Part shown: positions 53,329 to 61,791 of the stretch, one piece after another
Numbering within the stretch: the stretch's first letter is position 1
How the letters are laid out: each line of letters opens with the position of its first letter
DNA from: a candidate division FCPU426 bacterium
Lineage (GTDB): Bacteria > Oederibacteriota > Muellerivitia > Muellerivitales > Muellerivitaceae
DNA: 64,000 nucleotides
NCBI GenBank assembly: GCA_963847625.1
Contig: CAWKAR010000025.1
Coordinates: forward strand, 1-64,000
Direction: 5' to 3'
Made by a program: the position numbers and the translations under genes
Notes under the pieces: generated by a model
What the model was told of the DNA's origin: nothing
What the model saw: only the letters and a program-made list of their open reading frames with translations
Databases searched by the model: none

Positions 53329-54198
53329 TCAAGAGCTTTTAAAGTAATTTTCCTCGGCCAAATAACGCTTCAGGGCTTCCCGCCAGGGAACCAGCGGGTG
53401 TCGGGAAACGGATCGAGCTTTGGATAAATCAAACCGGGAATTAGCTGGCCTCCTGGCCGGGCGTGGAAAACGGTCGCTGGTGACGGGCAGGACCTGACAG
53501 GACTTTATACCCATTTCATCCCGGATGGCGATGCTCAAACCGTGCCAGGATACGTAACCCTCGTTGGCGAAATGGTAGAGGCCCGCGGGCGGTTTGGTTT
53601 CCGCCAGATCCAGAAGAAAGATGGCCAAATCCTCCGTGCAAGTGGGCCCGCCCACCTGGTCGTCCACGACTTCCACGCGTTCCTTTTGGCGCAGGAGGCC
53701 GGCCATGGTCTTCACGAAATTCTTGCCGTTCGGGCCGTAAAGCCAGCTTGTCCTCACGATCCAACCAGGGTTTCCCGCCTCTTGGAATTTCCACTCCCCT
53801 TCCCATTTGGTCCGTCCATAGGCGTTGATGGGTTTGGGGATGTCGGTTTCTTTCCAGGGATTGGTCCCCTTACCATCGAAAACATAGTCGGTTGAAATAT
53901 GGATCATCCAACGGTTGGAATCCTTGGACAACTTGGCCATTTCCCCCACTGCGGGCCCGTTGATGCGAAAAGCCATGGGATATTGGACCGGGTCCTCGCA
54001 TGCGTCCACGTTCGTGAAGCCGGAACAATTGACCGTTCCCTCGAATTTCCCCGTCTTGTAAAAAGCTTCCAGGGCCTTGGGATGCATAAGGTCGAGTTGT
54101 TCCAAGGTGGGGGCAATTAATTCGTGTCCAGCCTTTCGGAATACTTCTTTCACCTTCGCCGCCAGCATTCCCGATTCCCCGATTAAAGCGATCTTCAT
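53329..54198 (-). CDS. rmlD: dTDP-4-dehydrorhamnose reductase
   Basis: GESGML, TNVDACE, HISTDYVFDG, YGRTK, VVDDQVGGPT, PARRP. Confidence 0.96.
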   Translation of the reverse strand: MKIALIGESGMLAAKVKEVFRKAGHELIAPTLEQLDLMHPKALEAFYKTGKFEGTVNCSGFTNVDACEDPVQYPMAFRINGPAVGEMAKLSKDSNRWMIHISTDYVFDGKGTNPWKETDIPKPINAYGRTKWEGEWKFQEAGNPGWIVRTSWLYGPNGKNFVKTMAGLLRQKERVEVVDDQVGGPTCTEDLAIFLLDLAETKPPAGLYHFANEGYVSWHGLSIAIRDEMGIKSCQVLPVTSDRFPRPARRPANSRFDLSKARSVSRHPLVPWREALKRYLAEENYFKSS

Positions 54199-54632
54199 AC
54201 GGTTTTATGGCCTTTCCTGGAAATCCCGCCCTTGTTTTTCCGAGTCACTTCCCAGAATCCCCTCGGCGAAAGAATAACGGTTTTCTTGAACTTCTTCAAA
54301 ACTAATAAATCCTCGTCTCCAGAAATGATGTAATCCGCCCGGGAAGCCAAAGCCAAACCGAGTATGGGAAGGTCTTTCGGGTCGCGGCATGAATTCGAGG
54401 GAACCATTTGAGGGATTCCAAGAGTGCTGTTGGATTTTACATATTCCAAATTTTGCCCAGCCGATTCTTTTGACATCTTCACTTTTTTGATAAAGCCGGC
54501 CTGGATTTCATCCAACAGGTGTTCGCTAATGAAAACATCATGGTTTTCAATGCAAAGCTCATATAGATCGTTGCAAATTCCATGGGTCGCGAAAGCCGCG
54601 ATTAGGACATTCGCGTCTAAAATAATTTTCAC
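54195..54632 (-). CDS. PIN-domain toxin of a putative toxin-antitoxin module
   Basis: ILDANVLIAA, CRDPKDLPIL, ADYIISGDEDLLVL, ILSPRGF. Confidence 0.92.
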   Translation of the reverse strand: MKIILDANVLIAAFATHGICNDLYELCIENHDVFISEHLLDEIQAGFIKKVKMSKESAGQNLEYVKSNSTLGIPQMVPSNSCRDPKDLPILGLALASRADYIISGDEDLLVLKKFKKTVILSPRGFWEVTRKNKGGISRKGHKTV

Positions 54633-54847
54633 TTCAAGGCCTTGAACACATCCTCATCGGTATAAAGCCCTTGGGCCTCGGCATAGGGGATCGTCTTATC
54701 CCGTAATTCTCGGAAGCGACGAATGGCCACATACCGGCGGAGGGATTCCCGGACCACGTCGCTAACGGAAACATGCTCATACTCGATAAGTTTTTGTAGT
54801 TCCGAGCCTAATTCTTTGGGTATGCGGATGGTGATGGTTTGTTTCAT
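54629..54847 (-). CDS. Ribbon-helix-helix (CopG-like) antitoxin
   Basis: MKQTITIRIPKEL...VSDVVRESLRRY...TDEDVF; AAAGGAG RBS; stop overlaps the PIN gene start. Confidence 0.9.
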   Translation of the reverse strand: MKQTITIRIPKELGSELQKLIEYEHVSVSDVVRESLRRYVAIRRFRELRDKTIPYAEAQGLYTDEDVFKALK

Positions 54848-54856
54848 GGCGGCTCC

Positions 54857-54895
54857 TTTGTAATACAACGTATTACAAATACCATTCCATGTCAA
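54857..54895 (-). promoter_or_regulatory. Sigma70-type promoter with overlapping palindromic operator for the TA operon
   Basis: Minus strand TTGACA (54895-54890), 17-bp spacer, TACGTT (54872-54867). A perfect inverted repeat TTTGTAATAC-AAC-GTATTACAAA (54857-54879) covers the -10 box. Confidence 0.85.
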
Positions 54896-55026
54896 CCATA
54901 CCGCTTACCGCAGCGCCTACGGCGCAAAGCAATAGAACATTAGAAAATAGAAAGTGGATTTAAAGATATTGCGGTCAATTGCTCGATTGCTCAATTTCAA
55001 GGAATTACAGATTTCCCGGCAAGCTT

Positions 55027-55830
55027 GCGGTGAGTTTATCGAACCCGTTCCCGCAGTTCACCGGGTTTACCGCCTTTACCGCCTTCGCCAGGTTTACCGC
55101 CTTTACCGCGCACTGCCCGGTTTACCGCCTTTACCGCCCACCGCCGGATTTACCGCCTTGACCGCGTGCCGCCCGGTTTACCGCCTTTACCGCACACCCC
55201 CAGATTTACCGCCTTTACCGCGTGCCGCCAGGTTTACCGCCTTTACCGCGCACTGCCCGGTTTACCGCCTGGCTTACCGCCTTACCGGCTTACCGCCTTA
55301 CTTACCGCTCTTACCGCTTATTGTTGGACTTACCGCTCAACTTACCGGCTTACCGCCCTACTTACCGGCTTACCGCCCCACTTACCGCCTTAACGGCTTA
55401 CCGCCCTACTTACCGCTCTTACCGCTTATTGTTGGACTTACCGCTCAACTTACCGGCTTACCGCCCCTTATCCCATGCCGGTAGGCGGCACTGCCCATGC
55501 CGGGGCGGTACGGCCCATGCCGGTAGCTGGCACAGCCCATGCCGGTAGGCGGTATCCTCACGCCGGTGGGACCCTCGAGTTCCCCTGGTTCCCGGCCAGC
55601 CTGCGGTGAGCGACCAACGGAAGTCGAACCCGTTCTCGAGTTATCGGGTTATCGGCTTGTTCTCGAATTCCCGGGTTCCCGGCTAGTTATCGGGTTATCG
55701 GCTAGTTCTCGGGTTATCGGCCAGTTCTCGAGTTCCCGGGTTCCCTGCTAGTTCTCAGGTTATCGGGTTCCCAACCGGTTCCCGGGTTATCGGGTTTTTG
55801 ACCAGTTCTCGGGTTCCCGGGTTATCGGCC
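55027..55830. repeat. Composite short-repeat locus (TTACCG-based, CCCATGCCGG-based and GTTATCGG/GTTCCCGG/GTTCTCG-based arrays) with two REP-like anchors
   Basis: Arrays are directly visible; detailed under findings. Confidence 0.95.
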
Positions 55831-56129
55831 TGAATAGCCGGCCTAGGGCCAGTAAGGGCTATCTGAGCGCCGTGCAGTTGGAAAATAGCCTCCCGAAAGA
55901 CCCGGAACTGGTGGATCGTGCGGCTTTCTACAGGGAAGCTTGCGGGAATATCGAAAAAGCGGTACAAGGAGGTGGAACGCCCAAAAAGAGGAAACACCCA
56001 GAACATCAGGCCATTTACAAGACGCTAGAAAAAACCAAGCTGCTCAACATTTTGAAGGGTGGAAAAACTTGTCATGCTAAGCAAAAATTTTAGGAAGATA
56101 TTTTGTAAACACTACACATTTAAACTCTC

Positions 56130-57182
56130 CCGAGTTCCATAAGTAAGTGCAACACTTAGTGTCTGAAGAAGGCCGCATGAATAGGATATGCGGCTATGAA
56201 AAAGAAATACAAGCATTTAAGCGTTGAAGAAAGAGATCATTTATCCGTCTTGAAAGGAAAGGGTCTTAGCCTTCGAGCAATTTCACGCGCCTTGAAGAGG
56301 TCTCCTTCCACCCTCTCCAGGGAACTCAAGCGCAATGCTCCCCCTATCCGTTCTGGTTATTATCTTTCTCATCGAGCCCATCAACGGTATGTTGACCGCA
56401 ACCAACAACGAGCACGCCGTTTACGCCTGAAAACAAAACGAATTCGTGCCTACGTCCGTCGTCAATTGAAACGAGGCTGGTCTCCAGAACTCATTTCAGG
56501 TCGATTAGGTCACCTACGGCCTAAGCAAACCATTGGTCCTGAAGCTATCTATCAGTGGGTTTATGCTGAAGCCACTGAGCTGATTCCTTGCCTAGTTCGA
56601 CACCACCGGCGACGATTCTCATTTGGCCATAGCCGTAAGCACGCCAAAAACCATATCCCAGGCCGTGTTTCCATCGATAAGCGCTCCGAGATCGCCAATC
56701 AACGCAAGCAATTCGGCCATTGGGAAACCGACACCATGGTCTCTCGTCAGAGTAAAGTTGCTATGCGGGCTCTCGTCGAGCGTCAAAGCCGTTTTTCCAA
56801 GTTGGGAAAGCTCAAACGAAAGACCGCTCGCCAAATGAGTCATAGCCTCAACCGCGCTTTATGCCGCTTCCCTCAAGACGCCCGCCTGAGTCTGACCTAT
56901 GACAACGGAACCGAAAACACCAACCACTTGGAAACCAACCACGTGCTTGGTACAAAATCCTTTTTCTGCGCCCCTTTCCACAGTTGGGAAAAAGGTACGG
57001 TGGAAAATACTATCGGTCTTGTCCGCCGCCATTTGCCTAAAAAGACTGATCTTGCTAAAGTGTCCTTCAAAGAATTCAGGACCATAGAAAGATGGCTCAA
57101 TAACAGGCCCAGGAAATGTTTGGGCTTTAAAACTCCGGCGGAAGTCTTCCGGCGAAGTGTTGCACTTACTCCGTGAATTCGG
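56130..57182 (+). mobile_element. IS30-family insertion sequence, apparently intact
   Basis: 28-bp imperfect terminal inverted repeats CCGAGTTCCATAAGTAAGTGCAACACTT (56130-56157) and AAGTGTTGCACTTACTCCGTGAATTCGG (57155-57182); flanking CTC direct repeat. Confidence 0.93.
56196..57176 (+). CDS. IS30-family DDE transposase
   Basis: HTH YKHLSVEER...RSPSTLSRELKRN; GHWETDT, TYDNGTE, WEKGTVENTIG, NNRPRKCLGFKTPAE. Confidence 0.97.
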   Translation: MKKKYKHLSVEERDHLSVLKGKGLSLRAISRALKRSPSTLSRELKRNAPPIRSGYYLSHRAHQRYVDRNQQRARRLRLKTKRIRAYVRRQLKRGWSPELISGRLGHLRPKQTIGPEAIYQWVYAEATELIPCLVRHHRRRFSFGHSRKHAKNHIPGRVSIDKRSEIANQRKQFGHWETDTMVSRQSKVAMRALVERQSRFSKLGKLKRKTARQMSHSLNRALCRFPQDARLSLTYDNGTENTNHLETNHVLGTKSFFCAPFHSWEKGTVENTIGLVRRHLPKKTDLAKVSFKEFRTIERWLNNRPRKCLGFKTPAEVFRRSVALTP

Positions 57183-57199
57183 CTCTTTTAATAGCTGAT

Positions 57200-57442
57200 T
57201 TAATTTGTTGGGGTTTGACGTCCTGATATCAAATATTTTTTATTTTCTGGAGTAGAAAAAAATTCAGCCGGTTTTAATTTCAATTTATTTTTGTTCGGAA
57301 TTACAGTTTGAATGGCATTTTCGCTTCTGCCCCCTTTCCCGAAGGAATAAACCCCGAAATAATATTTATGGCCATTTTCGAGAAAACTTATAGTGACTTT
57401 ATTGTTAGCGATTATCCCCTTTAGATAAGTAATTAAATAAGG
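57200..57442 (-). pseudogene. Start-less fragment encoding the C-terminal half of an FN3-like domain
   Basis: Open frame reads ...KGIIANNKVTISFLENGHKYYFGVYSFGKGGRSENAIQTVIP...QTPTN*; upstream it is closed by a stop at the edge of the palindromic element. Confidence 0.65.
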
Positions 57443-57540
57443 TTAAACCGCCGATCAAATCCGATGGACGCCGATAAGTTTGAAAACGCTTTGAACTATA
57501 AGCCGATATCGGCGTCAATCGGCCGTTATCGGCGGTTAAA
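57443..57540. repeat. REP-like palindromic element with three CCGAT/ATCGG blocks per arm
   Basis: AACCGCCGAT-CAAAT-CCGAT-GGACGCCGATA ... TATCGGCGTC-A-ATCGG-CCGTT-ATCGGCGGTT. Confidence 0.85.
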
Positions 57541-57574
57541 TGGTTTGACTATCGAATCTAATTTTCTTGTTTAC

Positions 57575-58015
57575 TTATTTCAAAGGGATATTCGCCTTAT
57601 TGTTTAATATTGGTTTATGAATTCCTCTTTTATATTTGACTCCATCTGTTGAGATAAGAACCACATAACCAAGAGCCCTTGGCATAATATCCCACGTCAA
57701 TTGGGCCTTTCCATTTCCGGGTTCTATCTTGAAATTTGAAGGAGGATCAGGCTTTTGTTCAGAAATATATTTGTAATGAAAAGGATGAGTTTCGACTTTA
57801 TGGTTCTTGACGTTTTCCCTCTCTTCCTCCCCTGCCTGAGCATGTCCTGATTTAAAATTGTCATATTTTTCATGGAAGTATTTTTCCGCTTCCTCATCCG
57901 TCATAGTTGGAGTCGAAATTGGTTCGTCAGAAAATACATGCCGCGGAGAAACAACCAAAACCGCCAAGATAAATACAACTTTCAAAATATTTATCGCAAT
58001 TTCATTCAAGCGCAT
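57575..58015 (-). CDS. AT-rich secreted protein ending in a truncated FN3-like domain
   Basis: CAGGAGG RBS; signal peptide; PDPPSNFKIEPGNGKAQLTW...GYVVLIS; stops before the FN3 tyrosine-corner strand. Confidence 0.75.
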   Translation of the reverse strand: MRLNEIAINILKVVFILAVLVVSPRHVFSDEPISTPTMTDEEAEKYFHEKYDNFKSGHAQAGEEERENVKNHKVETHPFHYKYISEQKPDPPSNFKIEPGNGKAQLTWDIMPRALGYVVLISTDGVKYKRGIHKPILNNKANIPLK

Positions 58016-58187
58016 ACATTCCTCCTGATAATGTGGATTGGTTTTTCACAGTTCACAATAAATATTTCTAATTTTCTTTTTAAATTTTGTAGGGTGTAAC
58101 AATAATCTTTCCAAATTTATTGTGTAGCAGCGATGTAATTCCGCCCTTCAAGACGTGTAAAAAGGCCCGGCAGGGGGGATAAACAAA

Positions 58188-59663
58188 CTAACTACTTAAC
58201 TTTTTCCTCAAAACTTCGTTCACCATCTTGGGATTGGCCTTGCCTTGGGTGGCCTGCATCACCTTCCCCACCAGGAACCCGATAACTCCCTGCTTGCCAC
58301 CCTTGTAGTCGGCCACCACGTTGGGGTTATCGGCGAGGACCTTATCCACCGCCCCCTCGATGGCCTTGGGATCGGAGACCTGGGCCATGCCGCGCGATTT
58401 CACCACCTCGTTGGGCGAGATCCCGTTGTTGAAAAGCTCCTGGAACACTTCCTTGGCCTGCTTGCTGTTGATGGCCCCGGCCTCAACCAGCTCCACCAAC
58501 TCGCAAAGCTTTTTCTGGTCGAACTTCAGGTCCTTGAGTTCCTTCTCTTGCTCCTTCATCTGGGCGGCCATGTCCCCCATGATCCAGTTGGCCAATCCCT
58601 TGGGGCTTTTGGTCATCTTGGCCCCCGCCTCGAACCAGTTGGCCAGTTCCTTTTCCCCGGTCAAAACCCCGGCGTCGTAATCCGGCAGGCTGTATTGCGA
58701 GACAAACCTGGCCCTTTTGGCCCCTGGCAGTTCCGGGAGCTGTTCCTTGATCTTCTTGACGTAATTGTCGGACAACACGATGGGCACCTGGTCGGGTTCC
58801 GGGAAGTAGCGGTAATCGTGCGCCTCTTCCTTGGACCGCATGGGTTTGGTGCGGTTCTCGGTCCCATCCCATAGGCGGGACTCCTGCACCACCCTCTCGC
58901 CCTTTTCCAAAAGGGCGATCTGGCGCTTGATCTCGTAATCAATGGCCTGCTTGGCGAACTTGAAACTGTTCATGTTCTTGATCTCGGCCTTGGTGCCGAA
59001 TTCCTTGGCGCCTTTGGGCCTTACCGACACGTTGGCGTCGCAACGGAGGGAGCCTTCCTCCATATTGCAGTCCGAAACCTCGATATAAAGTAGGATGTTC
59101 TTGAGGGCCGTCAGGTAGGCGTGGGACTCCTCGGCGCTCCGAAGATCCGGCTCGGAAACGATCTCCACCAGGGGAATGCCCCCCCGGTTGTAATCGGCCA
59201 GGGAATAATCCGAGGAATCCAGCCGCCCAGCCTTACCGCCCGCGTGGATCAATTTGCCGGCGTCCTCTTCCAAATGGGCCCGCGTGATTCCGATCCTTTT
59301 TATTTGCCTCTCCTGCCCTGAGCCCGTCGAAGGGTTAGTCGTGATTTCCAGCCAGCCGCCGATGTTGAGGGGCTTGTCGTACTGGGAAATCTGGTAGGCC
59401 TTGGGCAGGTCGGGGTAATAGTAGTTCTTGCGGTCCATCTTGGCGAACTTGGAGAGGGTGCAGTTCAGGGCCTGGCCGATCTTGACCGCGAATTCCACGG
59501 CCTTTTCGTTCATGACCGGCAGGGTCCCAGGCAAGCCCAGGCACACCGGGCAGACCTGCGTGTTGGCTTCCTTGCCGAAAACGGTCGAACAGCCGCAAAA
59601 AAGCTTGGTAGCGGTCTTCAGTTCGACGTGGACCTCAAGTCCTATAACCGGCTCGTACTCCAT
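58188..59663 (-). CDS. gatB: Asp-tRNA(Asn)/Glu-tRNA(Gln) amidotransferase subunit B
   Basis: VIGLEVHVEL, DRKNYYYPDLPK, HLEEDAGK, DYRYFPEPD, GKANP. Confidence 0.98.
   Translation of the reverse strand: MEYEPVIGLEVHVELKTATKLFCGCSTVFGKEANTQVCPVCLGLPGTLPVMNEKAVEFAVKIGQALNCTLSKFAKMDRKNYYYPDLPKAYQISQYDKPLNIGGWLEITTNPSTGSGQERQIKRIGITRAHLEEDAGKLIHAGGKAGRLDSSDYSLADYNRGGIPLVEIVSEPDLRSAEESHAYLTALKNILLYIEVSDCNMEEGSLRCDANVSVRPKGAKEFGTKAEIKNMNSFKFAKQAIDYEIKRQIALLEKGERVVQESRLWDGTENRTKPMRSKEEAHDYRYFPEPDQVPIVLSDNYVKKIKEQLPELPGAKRARFVSQYSLPDYDAGVLTGEKELANWFEAGAKMTKSPKGLANWIMGDMAAQMKEQEKELKDLKFDQKKLCELVELVEAGAINSKQAKEVFQELFNNGISPNEVVKSRGMAQVSDPKAIEGAVDKVLADNPNVVADYKGGKQGVIGFLVGKVMQATQGKANPKMVNEVLRKKLSS
59316..59334. 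repeat. REP-like hairpin in frame inside gatB
   Basis: CCCTGAGCCCGTCGAAGGG, read as PSTGSG on the minus strand. Confidence 0.75.
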
Positions 59664-59671
59664 AAAAACTC

Positions 59672-59770
59672 CAATGAACAATTAAAAATTTATAATGAAT
59701 AACGGTTGAGATTTTCAATTCGAAGCGAATTGAAAATTACCGACATTTTTCATTATTCATTCTTCATTTC
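59672..59770. repeat. Palindromic intergenic element with 7-mer-periodic arms between gatA and gatB
   Basis: AATGAA-type left arm; central IR ATTTTCAATTCG-AAG-CGAATTGAAAAT (59711-59737); right arm TTCATTA-TTCATTC-TTCATTT. Confidence 0.65.
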
Positions 59771-61240
59771 TTAACTATCCTTTAACGTTGGCTTACGTTT
59801 GTGCCATTCCGTTGCCTGTTCATAGGCGTAAGCGGCCTTGAACAACGTTCCCTCGTCAAAGGGTTTCCCGATCAACTGCAAACCGATGGGCAATTCGCCC
59901 TTGGAAAACCCGCAGGGGATGGATAAACCCGGCAAGCCGGTGATGTTAATCGATACTGTGAAAACGTCCTCCAGGTACATGGTCAGAGGGTTGTCAGTCT
60001 TCTCGCCGAACCGGAAGGCCGGGTTCGGGGCGGTAGGGGTGGCGATGACATCCACCTTCTCGAAAACCCTGTCGTAATCCTGCTTGATGAGCCGCCTTAC
60101 CTTGAGGGCCTTCAGGTAATAGGCGTCGTAATAGCCCGAGGAGAGGGCGTAGGTTCCCAGCATGATGCGGCGCTTGACCTCGGGCCCGAAACCAGCCGCC
60201 CGGGTCTTGGAATACATGTCCACGATGTTCTCGCCCGGCACCCTCAGGCCGTACCGGACCCCGTCGTAGCGGGCCAGGTTTGAGGACGCCTCGGAGGGGG
60301 CCAGGATGTAGTAAACGGCCAGGCCATAGGGCGCGGTCGGAAGGGAAACTTCCACGATCTGGACACCCTGCTTTTCCAGCTCCGCGATGGCTTTCCGTAC
60401 GGCTTCGGCCACTTCCCGATTCAAACCTTCTGAGGAAAAGAATTCCTTCGGCACGCCGATCTTCATGCCCTTAATGGATTTTTTGGCTTCCGAGACATAG
60501 TCTTGAACAGGAACATTGGCCGAGGTGGAATCCCTGGGGTCGTAACCCGCGATGGTGCCCAACATTAGCGCGCAATCCTCCACGTCCTTTCCAAAGGGGC
60601 CGACCTGGTCGAGAGAGGAGGCGAAGGCGATCAACCCATAGCGGGAAACCCGGCCGTAAGTGGGTTTAAGCCCCACGATTCCGCAAAGGGAAGCGGGTTG
60701 CCGGATGGAACCGCCAGTATCCGATCCCAGCGACGCGAAAGCCTGGTCCGCGGCGACGCAGGCGGCGGAACCTCCGGAGGAACCGCCTGAAACGCAATTC
60801 AAATTCCATGGATTCCGGGTTTTTTTGAAGTAGGACGACTCGGTGGAGGACCCCATGGCGAATTCGTCCATGTTGGTCTTCCCCACCGAAACCGCGCCCG
60901 CTGTAAAAAGCTTCTCGACCACCGTGGCGTTATAGGGGGGTACGAAATTCTCGAGCATTTTGGAGGCGCAGGTGGTTCGGATGCCCTTGGTGCAAAGCAG
61001 GTCCTTGATGGCGATAGGCACGCCCGTCAGGGGGGTCAGGTCCCGACCGGAGGCCAGGCGCTGATCCGCCTCGGCGGCCTGTTTCATGGCCTCATCCCGG
61101 GTTACGGTGATGAAGGCTTGGATCTTGGGCTCCACCTTTTCCAGGTGGCCCATAACGGCCTTGGTCAACTCGGCCGAGGATATCTTTTTGGCCCTCAGGT
61201 CCGCTGAAATTTCATGAAGTGTTTTTTGGTAAAGTTCCAT
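59771..61240 (-). CDS. gatA: Asp-tRNA(Asn)/Glu-tRNA(Gln) amidotransferase subunit A
   Basis: [61 protein letters not shown]. Confidence 0.98.
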   Translation of the reverse strand: MELYQKTLHEISADLRAKKISSAELTKAVMGHLEKVEPKIQAFITVTRDEAMKQAAEADQRLASGRDLTPLTGVPIAIKDLLCTKGIRTTCASKMLENFVPPYNATVVEKLFTAGAVSVGKTNMDEFAMGSSTESSYFKKTRNPWNLNCVSGGSSGGSAACVAADQAFASLGSDTGGSIRQPASLCGIVGLKPTYGRVSRYGLIAFASSLDQVGPFGKDVEDCALMLGTIAGYDPRDSTSANVPVQDYVSEAKKSIKGMKIGVPKEFFSSEGLNREVAEAVRKAIAELEKQGVQIVEVSLPTAPYGLAVYYILAPSEASSNLARYDGVRYGLRVPGENIVDMYSKTRAAGFGPEVKRRIMLGTYALSSGYYDAYYLKALKVRRLIKQDYDRVFEKVDVIATPTAPNPAFRFGEKTDNPLTMYLEDVFTVSINITGLPGLSIPCGFSKGELPIGLQLIGKPFDEGTLFKAAYAYEQATEWHKRKPTLKDS

Positions 61241-61370
61241 TTGCAACCTTTAAACCAGAAAGTTACTCAAATTTAAAAGACCATAAAAATCATTTCAGTA
61301 AAACAGTTGGGGCAACAATCAAAATATATTCAGTCATAGCCTGGCCATTATTCCTTTTTTTAAAATCTTA

Positions 61371-61501
61371 TGTCATTGCGAGCTACGAACTTTGTAGCGA
61401 AGCAACCCAAGTTCATGGGTTGTTTTGCCTTTTAATTTTTTAAACTGAGGTTGCTTCGTCATTAACGCCCACCTATTCGGTGTGCATTCCTCGCAATGAC
61501 A
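61371..61501. repeat. REP/RPE-like nested palindromic element between gatC and gatA
   Basis: Outer IR TGTCATTGCGAG...CTCGCAATGACA; inner IR CGAAGCAACC...GGTTGCTTCG. Confidence 0.88.
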
Positions 61502-61506
61502 ACCAA

Positions 61507-61791
61507 TCACATTATTTTTGGCACTTTAAAATGCCCTGCTTGGACTTCCGGCCCGTTGGACAGCACTTCCGCCTGGGTCAGGGACGGTTTCACTTCGTCC
61601 GGGCGGAACACGTTTTTTAAATCCAGCACATGGGCCATGGGCTCCACGTTCGAGGTGTCGAGTTTGTTCAACTGTTCGATGTAGTTGAGGATATTCCCGA
61701 GTTGCTGGGTGTACTTGGCCGTTTCCGCCTCGGTCACTTCCAGGCGGGACAATTTCGCCACGTATTGGACGTCTTTCTCGGATAAGGACAC
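61507..61791 (-). CDS. gatC: Asp-tRNA(Asn)/Glu-tRNA(Gln) amidotransferase subunit C
   Basis: VQYVAKLSRL, LNKLDTSNVEP, FRPDEV, FKVPKI; upstream of gatA. Confidence 0.96.
   Translation of the reverse strand: MSLSEKDVQYVAKLSRLEVTEAETAKYTQQLGNILNYIEQLNKLDTSNVEPMAHVLDLKNVFRPDEVKPSLTQAEVLSNGPEVQAGHFKVPKIM

Noticed and set aside
55064..55270. 28-bp array as a CRISPR array
   Set aside because: Spacers are only 8-9 nt, related to each other and partly duplicated; no cas genes. Kept as a repeat finding.
54954..55751. ORFs across the repeat locus (176, 108, 75, 70 aa)
   Set aside because: The repeats lack plus-strand stops, so multiple frames are open; products are frame rotations of the same motif.
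55872..56093. 73-aa ORF before IS30
   Set aside because: No recognisable motif or RBS; may be a gene remnant but cannot be supported.
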